From: a virus
Reading direction: 5' to 3' (one strand)
Length of the DNA stretch: 36,922 bases
Virus record (IMG/VR): IMGVR_UViG_3300009537_000075
Span: 1-36,922 of that record
Shown here in pieces: positions 18,075 through 26,946 of this stretch (its first letter is position 1; every line of letters starts with the position of its first letter). A program made the translations under genes and the position numbers. The notes under the pieces were generated by a model that saw only the letters and a list, made by a program, of their open reading frames with translations, did not search any database and was not told where the DNA came from.

Positions 18075-18255
18075 TAGTATCCTCTGTATAAGAACCACCA
18101 TTTTGTTTAAGTTCTTTGATCATCACTTTCATAACAAATTTTGTCATTGTGCAATAATGTTCGTGTGCTCTCTTTCTTATCGCATTATAAAGCACTTCTG
18201 GGATATCAACGTTTAGTCTTTTTCTTCCGTTTCTCTTCAAATCTAACCCTTTCAC
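18067..18255 (-). CDS. Ribbon-helix-helix (CopG/Arc-like) DNA-binding protein (62 aa)
   Basis: RLNVDIPEVLYNAIRKRAHEHYCTMTKFVMKVMIKELK fits the strand-helix-helix pattern of RHH repressors and antitoxins. GTG start with a very short leader. Confidence 0.55.
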   Translation of the reverse strand: MKGLDLKRNGRKRLNVDIPEVLYNAIRKRAHEHYCTMTKFVMKVMIKELKQNGGSYTEDTNE

Positions 18256-18260
18256 TTATA

Positions 18261-18289
18261 TTACTCATTTTACACACAATGATTATAAT
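18261..18289 (+). promoter_or_regulatory. Promoter candidate for the giant fibre gene
   Basis: TTACTC (18261-18266), 17-nt spacer, TATAAT (18284-18289). It physically overlaps the minus-strand promoter. Confidence 0.4.
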
Positions 18290-18294
18290 GTCAA
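18267..18294 (-). promoter_or_regulatory. Promoter candidate for the minus-strand RHH cassette
   Basis: On the minus strand: TTGACA (18294-18289), 16-nt spacer, TAAAAT (18272-18267). Confidence 0.45.
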
Positions 18295-18375
18295 CAAATA
18301 TAGAGAAAAACGTTGCTACCATCTCAGATATTTTGTTAGATGGGGCTGCTTTAAAATTTATTATTACAAGGAGTA

Positions 18376-21300
18376 ATGATGGCAGTAAACAGGACCCGTA
18401 GAAATATTTCATATGGTGTAACAAACGCCCTACAGCAGGTGCCACCTCAACCTATTTTGGCTCAACGTGATCCAAGTACGAGTGATATAGCAGAACTTGG
18501 TACTCTGTGGGTCAATACCGCAGACAATCTATGGTATATACTTACCTCGGCTACCGGGGGATCATCTACTTGGGCAGGACAATCTGCAGGTAGTGGTACT
18601 TTTGCTGCTGTTACTGCTACAACAGGAGATATTACAGCTGATCAGGGCGACCTGGTGGTAACACTCGGAAATCTGGATGTTACTAATGGTAATGTGACTG
18701 TTGGAGGAGATCTTACCGTTACTGGTACAACGACGGTAAATGGTGATTTTGACCTTACATCAGCAGCTCTTATTGATTTTGTATCTACACTGAACGCTGC
18801 TCCATCCATTCTTCTTCATGCAAATGGTGGTGTAAACGAACAAATTAGATTGCATTCAGATCAGGGAACCGCAGTCAATTCTATTCAGCTCGATTCTGAT
18901 GTTGGTGGCATTACCCTTCTTTCCGGACTCGCCTCAGCTGACGCTATTAATCTATCTGCTACCGCGGGTGGTGTAGATGTTGACGGTGCGTTGCAGGTAA
19001 ATATTGCCTCCTCTCAAGCAGCAGCTGACGCTGTTGTAGTTAGCGCCTCCGCAGGTGGTGTTGATGTTACTGCTAGTGGTGCAGGCTTAGATGTAGATAT
19101 TACCAGCTCAACGGGAAGAGTAATTCAGAGTGCTGGTGAAGCGGTAGCTGATGCTATTCAACTTCTTGCTCCTGCTGGTGGCGTGTTAGCTCAGGGTATC
19201 TTAAAGATGGATATTCAGACTTCTCAAGCGGCTGCAGATGCTATTGATCTGAACGCTTCTGCTGGGGGTATAACATTGGCTGCTGGAGGAGTGGGCGCAA
19301 CAGGAGATATTACCCTTACGTCTTCCGCCGGTTCAATCAGGCTTGATGCAGACCAAGCTATTTTAAATGCAATCGAACTTGATGCAAGTACTGCCGGCGG
19401 TATTGTCATGTCGGCTGCGCTAGATTTAATCTGTCTCATTGATGGTCAAATACGGTTAGTTTCTGATGATGCTGCAGCAAATGCTGTTCGTCTAGAGGCT
19501 ACTGATACTGTGGGTGGGGTTGATATAGATTCTGGTACTGGCGGTTTCGATGTTGATACTACAGGGCGACTTACTTTAACAAGTACCGAGACGTCTTTCC
19601 AGGCAATAGACCTTGATGCTGTTACTGGTGGTGGTGGCTATACGCTCAATACAGGTACTGGTGGTATTACTGACACAACATCCGGAATACTGACTCTGGA
19701 TAGTACTCGAGCAGGTGCTGGAAGTATTGTAGTAAATGCCTCAGGTGCAACTGGTGGGCTTCAAGTAGACGCTGGAAGTGGTGGTATTGCTATTGGCGTA
19801 ACCGGTGATTGTACTCCTATATCGCTTGGTGATGTCGTTCCTATTGCAAGTAGAACATTTACTCTTGCTGGCGGGACAATTTCAGGTGCGTTTACTGACA
19901 CTATTGATATCGGTGCCGATGGCGTTGATTCAAATGCCGGTGCAACCAAAATAGTAAATATTCTTTCTGGTTCAACAACGCTTGGAAGCCAAACGGTTAA
20001 TGTTGGAACTGGTGATCGTATTTCTGGTACAAGCCGAGTAAATATTTCTACTGGAAGTGGAACCAAGAATGTATTTATTGGTAATGCTGATGTGCTTACA
20101 AGTTTGCATGTAGATGCTCAGGTCCTTATTAATGATAGTACTAACGGTAACGTTACTATTAATGACGGTTCATCAACTGGTACTCTTCAAATGGGGAACA
20201 CAACCGCTGGTGGTTCTGTTGCTCTTGATAGCTCGGTAGATATTGCTATTGATGCTGGTACAGCAAGTTATTTCGTGACCCAAACTGGCGATCTTTCTCT
20301 AACAGCAACTGCTGGATCATTAAACTTAAGAGGCGGTGAAGCTGTAGCTGATGCCGTTCTTATAGAAAGTACTAATGCTGCAGGTGGTATCGATATAAAT
20401 GCAGGAAGCGCCGGTATTAACATTTCTACAGCAAGTGGTCCATTCGTGCTGGCAACCGGAACCGGAGACCTTTCATTGGGTGCCGATGCTACAGAACATA
20501 ACGTAACAATTGGTAGCCAAGTTGATACCAGCACAGTAACACTTCAAGCCGGTACTGGCGGCATCATTATGGATTCGTTAGATGAAATACTGCTTGATGC
20601 TGATGGTGTACTGGAACTCAATTCATCTGCTGGCGCAATTGGTATTGGTAACGATGCTGATGCTCAAGCTATCAATATTGGAACAGGGGCGGCTGCCCGT
20701 ACTATTACTGTTGGTAACGCAACCGGCGCTACTACCGTTCTTTTGCATGCTGGTACTGCTGGTATTGGCATTGGTACAACTTCAGTTGCTATGCCAATCT
20801 TCATCGGGAACGACACAGGAAATACAAACATAGCACTCGTTTCAGGTACAGGAGCCATTGGTATTGGTGCGAATGCTATTGCCCACCCTATCGTTATAGG
20901 AAACGGCACTGGCGCCACATCTGTTACTATTGATTCCGGTACTGCTGGTATTGATATTGGTACAAATGCAATTGCTCAACCTATCACGATAGGTAACAGC
21001 ACTGGTGCTACAGCTGTTACTCTTGATTCTGGTAGCGGTGGCGTCAATATTGGTACAAATGCGGTGGCTCAAACGATTACTATAGGTAATGGAACTGGTG
21101 CTACCGGTATTTCTCTGGATGCTGGTACTGGTCAGATTGATATTGGTACAAATACTATTGCTCACGGTATTAACATTGGTAACGGTACGGGTACTACAAC
21201 AGTTACTATTAATTCTGGTACTGGTGGTGTCAATATTGGTACAAATGGTGTGGACCAAACAATTACTCTAGGTAACGAAACTGGTGCTACAACTGTTACT

Positions 21301-22221
21301 CTGGATGCTGGTACTGGTGGTGTCAATGTTGGTGCAAATGCAGTTGCTCATGCTGTCACCATAGGTAACGGCGAGACAGGCTCGTCGGTTACTATTGATG
21401 GTGGTACTTCTGGTATTAGCATCGGTACAAATGCAGTTTCTCATGCTGTCACCATAGGTAATGGTGAGACAGGATCATCGGTTACTATTGATGGTGGTAC
21501 TTCTGGTATTGGTATCGGTACAAATGCAGTTGCCCACGCGGTTACGATTGGTAATGGAACTGGTGCTACTGGCGTTAACGTTTTTGCTGGTACTGCTGGT
21601 GTCAATATTGGTACAAATTCTATTGCTCATGCTGTAACCATAGGTAACAGTACGGGTACTTCATCGGTTACTATTGATGGTGGTACTGCTGGTATCGATA
21701 TTGGTACAAATGCAGTTGGTCAACCTATCACTATAGGTAATGGAACTAGCAATACAGCAGTTGCTATTGAGACCGGAACAGGAGCATTAAGTCTCGGAAC
21801 GAACGCTGTTGAACATAACGTAACAATTGGTAGTCTTACAGGCGCTTCTCTTGTGACAATTAGGAGTGGTGCTAGTGGCGGAATAGCTCTGCAGGCACAA
21901 GACGGTGCATTAAACGTAACTCCGGCTACTAATTCTGTGGCAGGAACGTCGCTCACTTTGAATGCTCGTATGGGTGTAGCAACATTTACGGGGCAAACAA
22001 CAGGTGCTGGATCAACACTTGATCTTACTATTACGAACTCGATCTTAGCAGCTGGTGATGGCGTATTTGTAACTGTAAGCAACAAAGGAACCAATGATGC
22101 AGATATGACCTTAGAAGGGGTTATAACTGAGACGGCAGGTACATTGACAATCCATACTAAAAACAATGGCGCAGCAGCATTGAATGGTGATGTAATCGTT
22201 ACGTTCTGGATTCCTAACTAG
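18376..22221 (+). CDS. Giant repetitive beta-helix tail fibre/spike protein (1281 aa)
   Basis: RBS AAGGAG. G/T/A/I/V-rich sequence with periodic units of about 31 aa throughout. Its N-terminal ~70 aa are shared with the 25337 fibre. A hairpin terminator follows. Confidence 0.8.
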   Translation: MMAVNRTRRNISYGVTNALQQVPPQPILAQRDPSTSDIAELGTLWVNTADNLWYILTSATGGSSTWAGQSAGSGTFAAVTATTGDITADQGDLVVTLGNLDVTNGNVTVGGDLTVTGTTTVNGDFDLTSAALIDFVSTLNAAPSILLHANGGVNEQIRLHSDQGTAVNSIQLDSDVGGITLLSGLASADAINLSATAGGVDVDGALQVNIASSQAAADAVVVSASAGGVDVTASGAGLDVDITSSTGRVIQSAGEAVADAIQLLAPAGGVLAQGILKMDIQTSQAAADAIDLNASAGGITLAAGGVGATGDITLTSSAGSIRLDADQAILNAIELDASTAGGIVMSAALDLICLIDGQIRLVSDDAAANAVRLEATDTVGGVDIDSGTGGFDVDTTGRLTLTSTETSFQAIDLDAVTGGGGYTLNTGTGGITDTTSGILTLDSTRAGAGSIVVNASGATGGLQVDAGSGGIAIGVTGDCTPISLGDVVPIASRTFTLAGGTISGAFTDTIDIGADGVDSNAGATKIVNILSGSTTLGSQTVNVGTGDRISGTSRVNISTGSGTKNVFIGNADVLTSLHVDAQVLINDSTNGNVTINDGSSTGTLQMGNTTAGGSVALDSSVDIAIDAGTASYFVTQTGDLSLTATAGSLNLRGGEAVADAVLIESTNAAGGIDINAGSAGINISTASGPFVLATGTGDLSLGADATEHNVTIGSQVDTSTVTLQAGTGGIIMDSLDEILLDADGVLELNSSAGAIGIGNDADAQAINIGTGAAARTITVGNATGATTVLLHAGTAGIGIGTTSVAMPIFIGNDTGNTNIALVSGTGAIGIGANAIAHPIVIGNGTGATSVTIDSGTAGIDIGTNAIAQPITIGNSTGATAVTLDSGSGGVNIGTNAVAQTITIGNGTGATGISLDAGTGQIDIGTNTIAHGINIGNGTGTTTVTINSGTGGVNIGTNGVDQTITLGNETGATTVTLDAGTGGVNVGANAVAHAVTIGNGETGSSVTIDGGTSGISIGTNAVSHAVTIGNGETGSSVTIDGGTSGIGIGTNAVAHAVTIGNGTGATGVNVFAGTAGVNIGTNSIAHAVTIGNSTGTSSVTIDGGTAGIDIGTNAVGQPITIGNGTSNTAVAIETGTGALSLGTNAVEHNVTIGSLTGASLVTIRSGASGGIALQAQDGALNVTPATNSVAGTSLTLNARMGVATFTGQTTGAGSTLDLTITNSILAAGDGVFVTVSNKGTNDADMTLEGVITETAGTLTIHTKNNGAAALNGDVIVTFWIPN
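20770..21885 (+). repeat. Twelve in-frame tandem 93-bp (31-aa) repeats inside the giant fibre gene
   Basis: Unit consensus IGTNA(V/I)A(H/Q)x(V/I)TIGN(G/S)TGATxVT(I/L)DxGTxG(I/V)x. Unit boundaries run 20770, 20863, ... 21793. Adjacent units 21328-21420 and 21421-21513 are about 89% identical at the DNA level. Confidence 0.9.
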
Positions 22222-22230
22222 TAATAATAT

Positions 22231-22260
22231 GGGGCCTCTACGGAGGCCCCTCTAGATTTC
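22231..22260 (+). terminator. Rho-independent terminator after the giant fibre gene
   Basis: GGGGCCTC (22231-22238), TACG loop, GAGGCCCC (22243-22250), followed by TCTAGATTTC. Confidence 0.6.
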
Positions 22261-22322
22261 ATCATGATGCATGCTATGATAGGGACGCAGTATAAATTAA
22301 CTTTATTCATTAAGGATGTTTT

Positions 22323-22598
22323 ATGGCAGAACAAGAAGTAAAAAAAGTAGAAGAAACGCCGGAGAGACCAAAGTTAGAAGTGGTACAGCATGGAGCTTTA
22401 GTTTTAGAGGTAAAAAATAATGATCTCCTTTTTTCACTTTCTTTACCGGTGGGTGCAACGTACGCTGATGCGTATTATGCAACGTTTGAAATGCTTAAAG
22501 CTATCGAAGGGTTTGTCAAAAAAGCAGAAGAAGAAGCTAAGAAAAAAGAAGAATCCGGAGATGCTGTCGAGCAAGAAACCGAAGAAGCCAAAGGTTAA
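22323..22598 (+). CDS. Hypothetical acidic protein (91 aa)
   Basis: RBS TAAGGA. Compact ORF with K/E-rich termini. Confidence 0.6.
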   Translation: MAEQEVKKVEETPERPKLEVVQHGALVLEVKNNDLLFSLSLPVGATYADAYYATFEMLKAIEGFVKKAEEEAKKKEESGDAVEQETEEAKG

Positions 22599-22612
22599 TA
22601 AAAAGGATTGAG

Positions 22613-22960
22613 ATGGCTATTAATAGAATTGTCCCCTTTGTAAGGCTCAATCGTGGATCTCCTACCATGACCAATGACTTTCAGAAAGTAGACGCTGGAG
22701 GTACATTTGCTTCTTATCCTGGATCACTATCGATAGTTCGCATTATTAATGCATCAGATAAGTCAATTAATATTAGTTATGATGGAACGAATGAGCATGA
22801 TCACTTGCAGGCTGGAGATACGATACAACTAGATCTTCAAGCAAATGCCAATCCAAATGGATATGTTTCTAATCTTCCAAAGAATTTTGGCGTATGGGTA
22901 GCAGGAAGTGCTGGAGCTGGAAGTATATATGTTTGTGCGTATGGGCAAATAGAACGATAA
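22613..22960 (+). CDS. Small beta-rich virion-module protein, paralogue A (115 aa)
   Basis: RBS AAAAGGA. It shares the pattern N.(S/T)D....S..G...H..L.A.G....LD...N.....G..V.V......G.(I/V)Y with the next gene. Confidence 0.6.
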   Translation: MAINRIVPFVRLNRGSPTMTNDFQKVDAGGTFASYPGSLSIVRIINASDKSINISYDGTNEHDHLQAGDTIQLDLQANANPNGYVSNLPKNFGVWVAGSAGAGSIYVCAYGQIER

Positions 22961-22969
22961 GGAATAGTA

Positions 22970-23311
22970 ATGGGAAGTCTTGCGATTCGGTTAGATATTG
23001 AACCAGTAAGAAGTATTGATTTTGGATCTATTGGTGCAGCATACACAGGAATTGGAACGGCAATGACACGTCCAATTCGTATGTTTTTCCTTCAAAATCT
23101 TACGGATGTTGATTTGTTTTTTTCACTGAATGGTATAGATGATCACTTCCCTCTTCCTGCAAACGGATACCTTTTATTGGATATTACAAGCAATAAAACG
23201 ATTCCACAGGGGTTCTTCTTAGCAGAAGGTCAGCGTGTATACGTTAAAGAGCTGGGGGTTCCTACTAACGGAACAGTCTACCTTACAACATTTTTTGGCG
23301 CCGATTTATAG
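22970..23311 (+). CDS. Small beta-rich virion-module protein, paralogue B (113 aa)
   Basis: RBS TAAGGAA. Same length and motif pattern as 22613..22960. Confidence 0.6.
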   Translation: MGSLAIRLDIEPVRSIDFGSIGAAYTGIGTAMTRPIRMFFLQNLTDVDLFFSLNGIDDHFPLPANGYLLLDITSNKTIPQGFFLAEGQRVYVKELGVPTNGTVYLTTFFGADL

Positions 23312-23323
23312 AAGGAGAAAGCA

Positions 23324-25327
23324 GTGAGCCAAACAGGGCAGTTTCCAGAAGGTCCAGTTATCTCTCCCATAGAAACTATTACCGGTAACTCTGGAGGAGA
23401 CGTAGGACCAGACGGTCTTGGAAATATAGATATTGTAGGGGATGGCACTCTTATTGATATAGTAGGAAATCCAGGCACGAATACCCTTGATGTCAATCTG
23501 AGTTCAGCAATTCCAAGTTCTTTTATTGCGGATGTTGGGACTGCCACACCTGTTTTAAATGCGTTAACAGTGGTTGGTGGAACCAATATGAACACCCAGG
23601 GTGCTGGAAATGTTCTCATTATTAATCTCGATACAGTAGTTTCGCTCACGACGCTTACTCTAGTTAATCCATTAGGTGTCGATAATGGTGGAACAGGAGT
23701 TAACTCATTAACAGACCATAGTCTGATGGTTGGTTCCGGGACATCTCCGGTGACATTATTGGGTGTTGCTACCGATGGACAACTCCCAATTGGCTCAACA
23801 GGAGCAGATCCAGTTCTTAATACCTTAACAGCTGGGCTCTCCACCCAAATTACGAATGCTGCTGGTAGCATTACCGTTGGTTTAACAACTAACGATCAAA
23901 AAACAGCAATTCAGGGATGGAATGGAAGTACGATTGAAAGTGCCTGCATGATGGTTACGTCTGATGGTGCTACCATTACCGCATCTGTTGAGAAACGGGG
24001 AGGTGGAGACCTTACTGTAGTATTCTCTGACGGTTTTTATGCATGGGATACGACTCCTGCTGACACAGTTACTTTAACAGCTGGATCAGATACGAGCCCA
24101 CAGATGAACTATGTGTACATGCCACAAGCAACAAAAACATTAACCGCAAACACGGTAGGCTTTCCCCTTACAGAAGAACACCTTCAAATAGGAACCGCTC
24201 TTTGTCCGAGCGCATCGTTAGTACAAACGAATGGTGCGTATTCAGTACATTCATATCAAAACCATGTTTTTGATGATGGAGATACTAACCAAGGCCATAT
24301 CGCTGATATCAATTTCTTAATTAGAAACCATCCAGCGACATGGATGAGTGGAGTAACTCCAACTCTAACAATTGATGGGGCTCCCTCGCCAGATACAGTC
24401 ATTTTTACAAGCACTGCAGGAACCGTACTCCAACTACACCCAGAGGATTTTCCGGCCTTTACTGGGACACCTGACATCTATGTGGTTAATGATTCGGTTA
24501 CGCCGTACACCATTATTACTGACTTGAATCAACTTACCGATGATTCAACCGGTGGCACTCTAGATAATAAATTCTTCTCTGTGGTGATTTGGGGAATAAT
24601 TAGCGAAGAGTCAGCAGACTGTAAATTAATGCTCAATCTGCCAAGTGGTACCTATACAAGTGATGTTGCGGTTACAGCAGATGATAACAAATACGCTGAT
24701 TATAATATTCCGCCCGAAATAAGAAGTTCTGGATTTTTGATTGCGCAGTATGATTTAAGAAAACAATCAGCTGGGGGTGGCACATGGACTCTCGTTAATC
24801 AATATGATCTGCGTGGCCTTATGCCGTCAGTTAACCCGGGTGGTACTTCATTAACCGGTAAAATTTTTGAAGACAATCTGTTTCGAATCATAGACGAAGT
24901 AGATAACACGAAGGAATTAGATTTTTCTGTGGGTGGTATTACGACAGCTACTACCAGAACTATCACCATGGCTGATCGTGATGTGGACCTTAATGCAGTG
25001 AGACCGTGGAGCGAAGAGACAGGAATCTCTGTAGGGATGGCTGTTAACAGTGATTATATTGCGAATAATGCCGCTCTCGTAACGCTCACGCTTCCAGCAG
25101 CCGCTGCCGTTGGCGATATTATATCGGTGGTTGGCAAAGGTGCGGGCGGCTGGCTTGTTGCACAGAACGCAGGACAGACGATTCATAAAGCTGGTGCAAG
25201 CACAACGACAGGGGTTGGTGGCTCTATAGCATCTACCGCACAGTATGATTCGGTAGAAATGGTATGTATAACGGCAAATACCGACTTTGTAGTGAGAAGT
25301 TCTGAGGGAACAATCACTGTAACGTAA
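23324..25327 (+). CDS. Tail fibre protein (667 aa)
   Basis: GTG start after AAGGAGAAA. Contains NGGTGVNSLTDH...LLGVATDGQLPIGSTGADPVLNTLTAG, a module shared with the next gene. The C-terminal ~95 aa are also shared with the next gene. Confidence 0.75.
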   Translation: MSQTGQFPEGPVISPIETITGNSGGDVGPDGLGNIDIVGDGTLIDIVGNPGTNTLDVNLSSAIPSSFIADVGTATPVLNALTVVGGTNMNTQGAGNVLIINLDTVVSLTTLTLVNPLGVDNGGTGVNSLTDHSLMVGSGTSPVTLLGVATDGQLPIGSTGADPVLNTLTAGLSTQITNAAGSITVGLTTNDQKTAIQGWNGSTIESACMMVTSDGATITASVEKRGGGDLTVVFSDGFYAWDTTPADTVTLTAGSDTSPQMNYVYMPQATKTLTANTVGFPLTEEHLQIGTALCPSASLVQTNGAYSVHSYQNHVFDDGDTNQGHIADINFLIRNHPATWMSGVTPTLTIDGAPSPDTVIFTSTAGTVLQLHPEDFPAFTGTPDIYVVNDSVTPYTIITDLNQLTDDSTGGTLDNKFFSVVIWGIISEESADCKLMLNLPSGTYTSDVAVTADDNKYADYNIPPEIRSSGFLIAQYDLRKQSAGGGTWTLVNQYDLRGLMPSVNPGGTSLTGKIFEDNLFRIIDEVDNTKELDFSVGGITTATTRTITMADRDVDLNAVRPWSEETGISVGMAVNSDYIANNAALVTLTLPAAAAVGDIISVVGKGAGGWLVAQNAGQTIHKAGASTTTGVGGSIASTAQYDSVEMVCITANTDFVVRSSEGTITVT

Positions 25328-25336
25328 AGGAGAATA

Positions 25337-26938
25337 ATGGCACGGCGACTTTCCGGATTAAATCCTCTTTCATATATAGGCGTTGAGCCTCTATCTCCTC
25401 CACAGTTTTTGGTTAAGCGTGTCGACCCCACTGCGAATGATAATAATTTCAATCTCGGAACGATGTGGTTAAACGAGGTAAACGAAGACACATTTCTACT
25501 TACCAGTAAATCTGGAGGTACAGCAACATGGTCTCGTTTTATTCCATCTGGCGCAGGGGCAGCTATCGACTTTGTGACCGCTTCAGGTACTGCAACTCCA
25601 GCGGCAGGAATTTTAAATGTTCCTGCGGGATCTAATATCACCACCGCTGGTGCTGGAGACACACTCACCATAAACCTTGTTGCCTCTCCTTCCGTTGCTG
25701 GATCATTAACCGCTGGCACTACCATAACCGCTGGAACAGGCTTAACCGTGACAGCAGGGGGCATCACCGCCGCGGGGACGATAACACTCTCAGATCTTAA
25801 TCTTGGTGTAGTGGTGTCAGATGCAGCTGGTATTCTTTCTGCTATCAATGGAACGAACGGCCAACTTCTTATTGGCGGTACAGCCATTGCGCCGATATGG
25901 GCAGATCTTACTTCCACAGGTGGCACGATAACGATTACGGGTGGTGCCAACACGCTCAATATAGAAACAGCGGGCACAACCGCTAACTCATTCCCAACCG
26001 ATTCAGGTACGGCAATTCCAGCTGCAGGCGCATTGACCATTGCGGGCGGTGCAAACATTGCCACTTCTGGAGCAGCATCCACTGTAACGATAGATGTTTC
26101 AGGAACGACCGATCATGCACTCCAACTCGGGAATGCGACGGGAAGCCTCACCTCACTTGGTGTTGCCACAGATGGACAATTACCGATCGGCTCTACAGGG
26201 TTAGATCCAGTACTTGCGACCTTAACGGCTGGTACGGATATCAACATTGTGAACGGTCCGGGATCCATAACGATTAACAGCACCGCATCTCCTGGAGCCA
26301 TCCAGTTTGATGGAGATGCAGGTTCCGCGGTTCCCGCGGCTGGTATTATTACCATGGCAGGTGGGAGCAATATCTCTACATCCGCTGCTGGGTCTACTGT
26401 TACTTACAATGTGAGTGGAACCACAGATCATGCTATACAGCTTGGTAATGCAGGTGGAAGTCTTACATCTCTTGGAGTTGCGACCGACGGGCAAATACCG
26501 ATTGGCGCCACAGGAACCGACCCTTCGCTCAATACTATCACTCCAGGTACTGGTATTTCTATTGCGAATGCCCCCGGAGCAATCACTATATCGGCAACGG
26601 GATCACAACTTCCTTGGACTGTTGTTGCCGGAGCGGCGCAAGCGCTTGCCATTAATAATGGTTATTTCTCAAATAATGCAGGACTGTGCACGTTTACACT
26701 TCCCGCTGTTGCCTCTGTGGGAGATGTTATTGAAGTAGCGCTCATGAATGCTACCGGAAGCTGGACAATTGCACAAAACGCAGGCCAAACTCTATATATT
26801 GGAAATACAAATACAACAACGGGGGCAGGTGGCAGCTTATCTTCTACCGATAAAGGTGACTGGTTAGAAATCATATGTCGTGTTGCTAATACTGATTTCC
26901 AAGTCAATGTTAAATCTGGAAACATAACGGTTGTATAA
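25337..26938 (+). CDS. Tail fibre protein (533 aa) with internal ~105-aa tandem duplication
   Basis: RBS AAAGGAGAA. Its N-terminus is paralogous to the giant fibre N-terminus. It has two consecutive copies of the SGTTDHA(L/I)QLGNA.GSLTSLGVATDGQ(L/I)PIG(S/A)TG module and a conserved C-terminal domain. Confidence 0.75.
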   Translation: MARRLSGLNPLSYIGVEPLSPPQFLVKRVDPTANDNNFNLGTMWLNEVNEDTFLLTSKSGGTATWSRFIPSGAGAAIDFVTASGTATPAAGILNVPAGSNITTAGAGDTLTINLVASPSVAGSLTAGTTITAGTGLTVTAGGITAAGTITLSDLNLGVVVSDAAGILSAINGTNGQLLIGGTAIAPIWADLTSTGGTITITGGANTLNIETAGTTANSFPTDSGTAIPAAGALTIAGGANIATSGAASTVTIDVSGTTDHALQLGNATGSLTSLGVATDGQLPIGSTGLDPVLATLTAGTDINIVNGPGSITINSTASPGAIQFDGDAGSAVPAAGIITMAGGSNISTSAAGSTVTYNVSGTTDHAIQLGNAGGSLTSLGVATDGQIPIGATGTDPSLNTITPGTGISIANAPGAITISATGSQLPWTVVAGAAQALAINNGYFSNNAGLCTFTLPAVASVGDVIEVALMNATGSWTIAQNAGQTLYIGNTNTTTGAGGSLSSTDKGDWLEIICRVANTDFQVNVKSGNITVV

Positions 26939-26946
26939 GGAAAAAC

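Noticed and set aside
20770-21885. Regular 93-bp repeats, considered as a possible CRISPR array.
   Set aside because: The repeats are contiguous with no unique spacers between them. They are in frame within a 1281-aa ORF and diverge like protein repeats. There are no cas genes.
25183-26082. Long antisense ORFs inside the fibre genes: 25183..26082 (299 aa), 23278..23871, 28219..28809, 27508..27996, 26662..27174, 21720..22166, 20842..21258, 8488..8952, 12266..12682 and 17335..17799.
   Set aside because: They lie entirely opposite well-supported G/T/A-rich genes, whose GNN/ANN codon periodicity removes stop codons on the complementary strand. They have no RBS, low-complexity P/A/V-rich translations, and would break operon structure.
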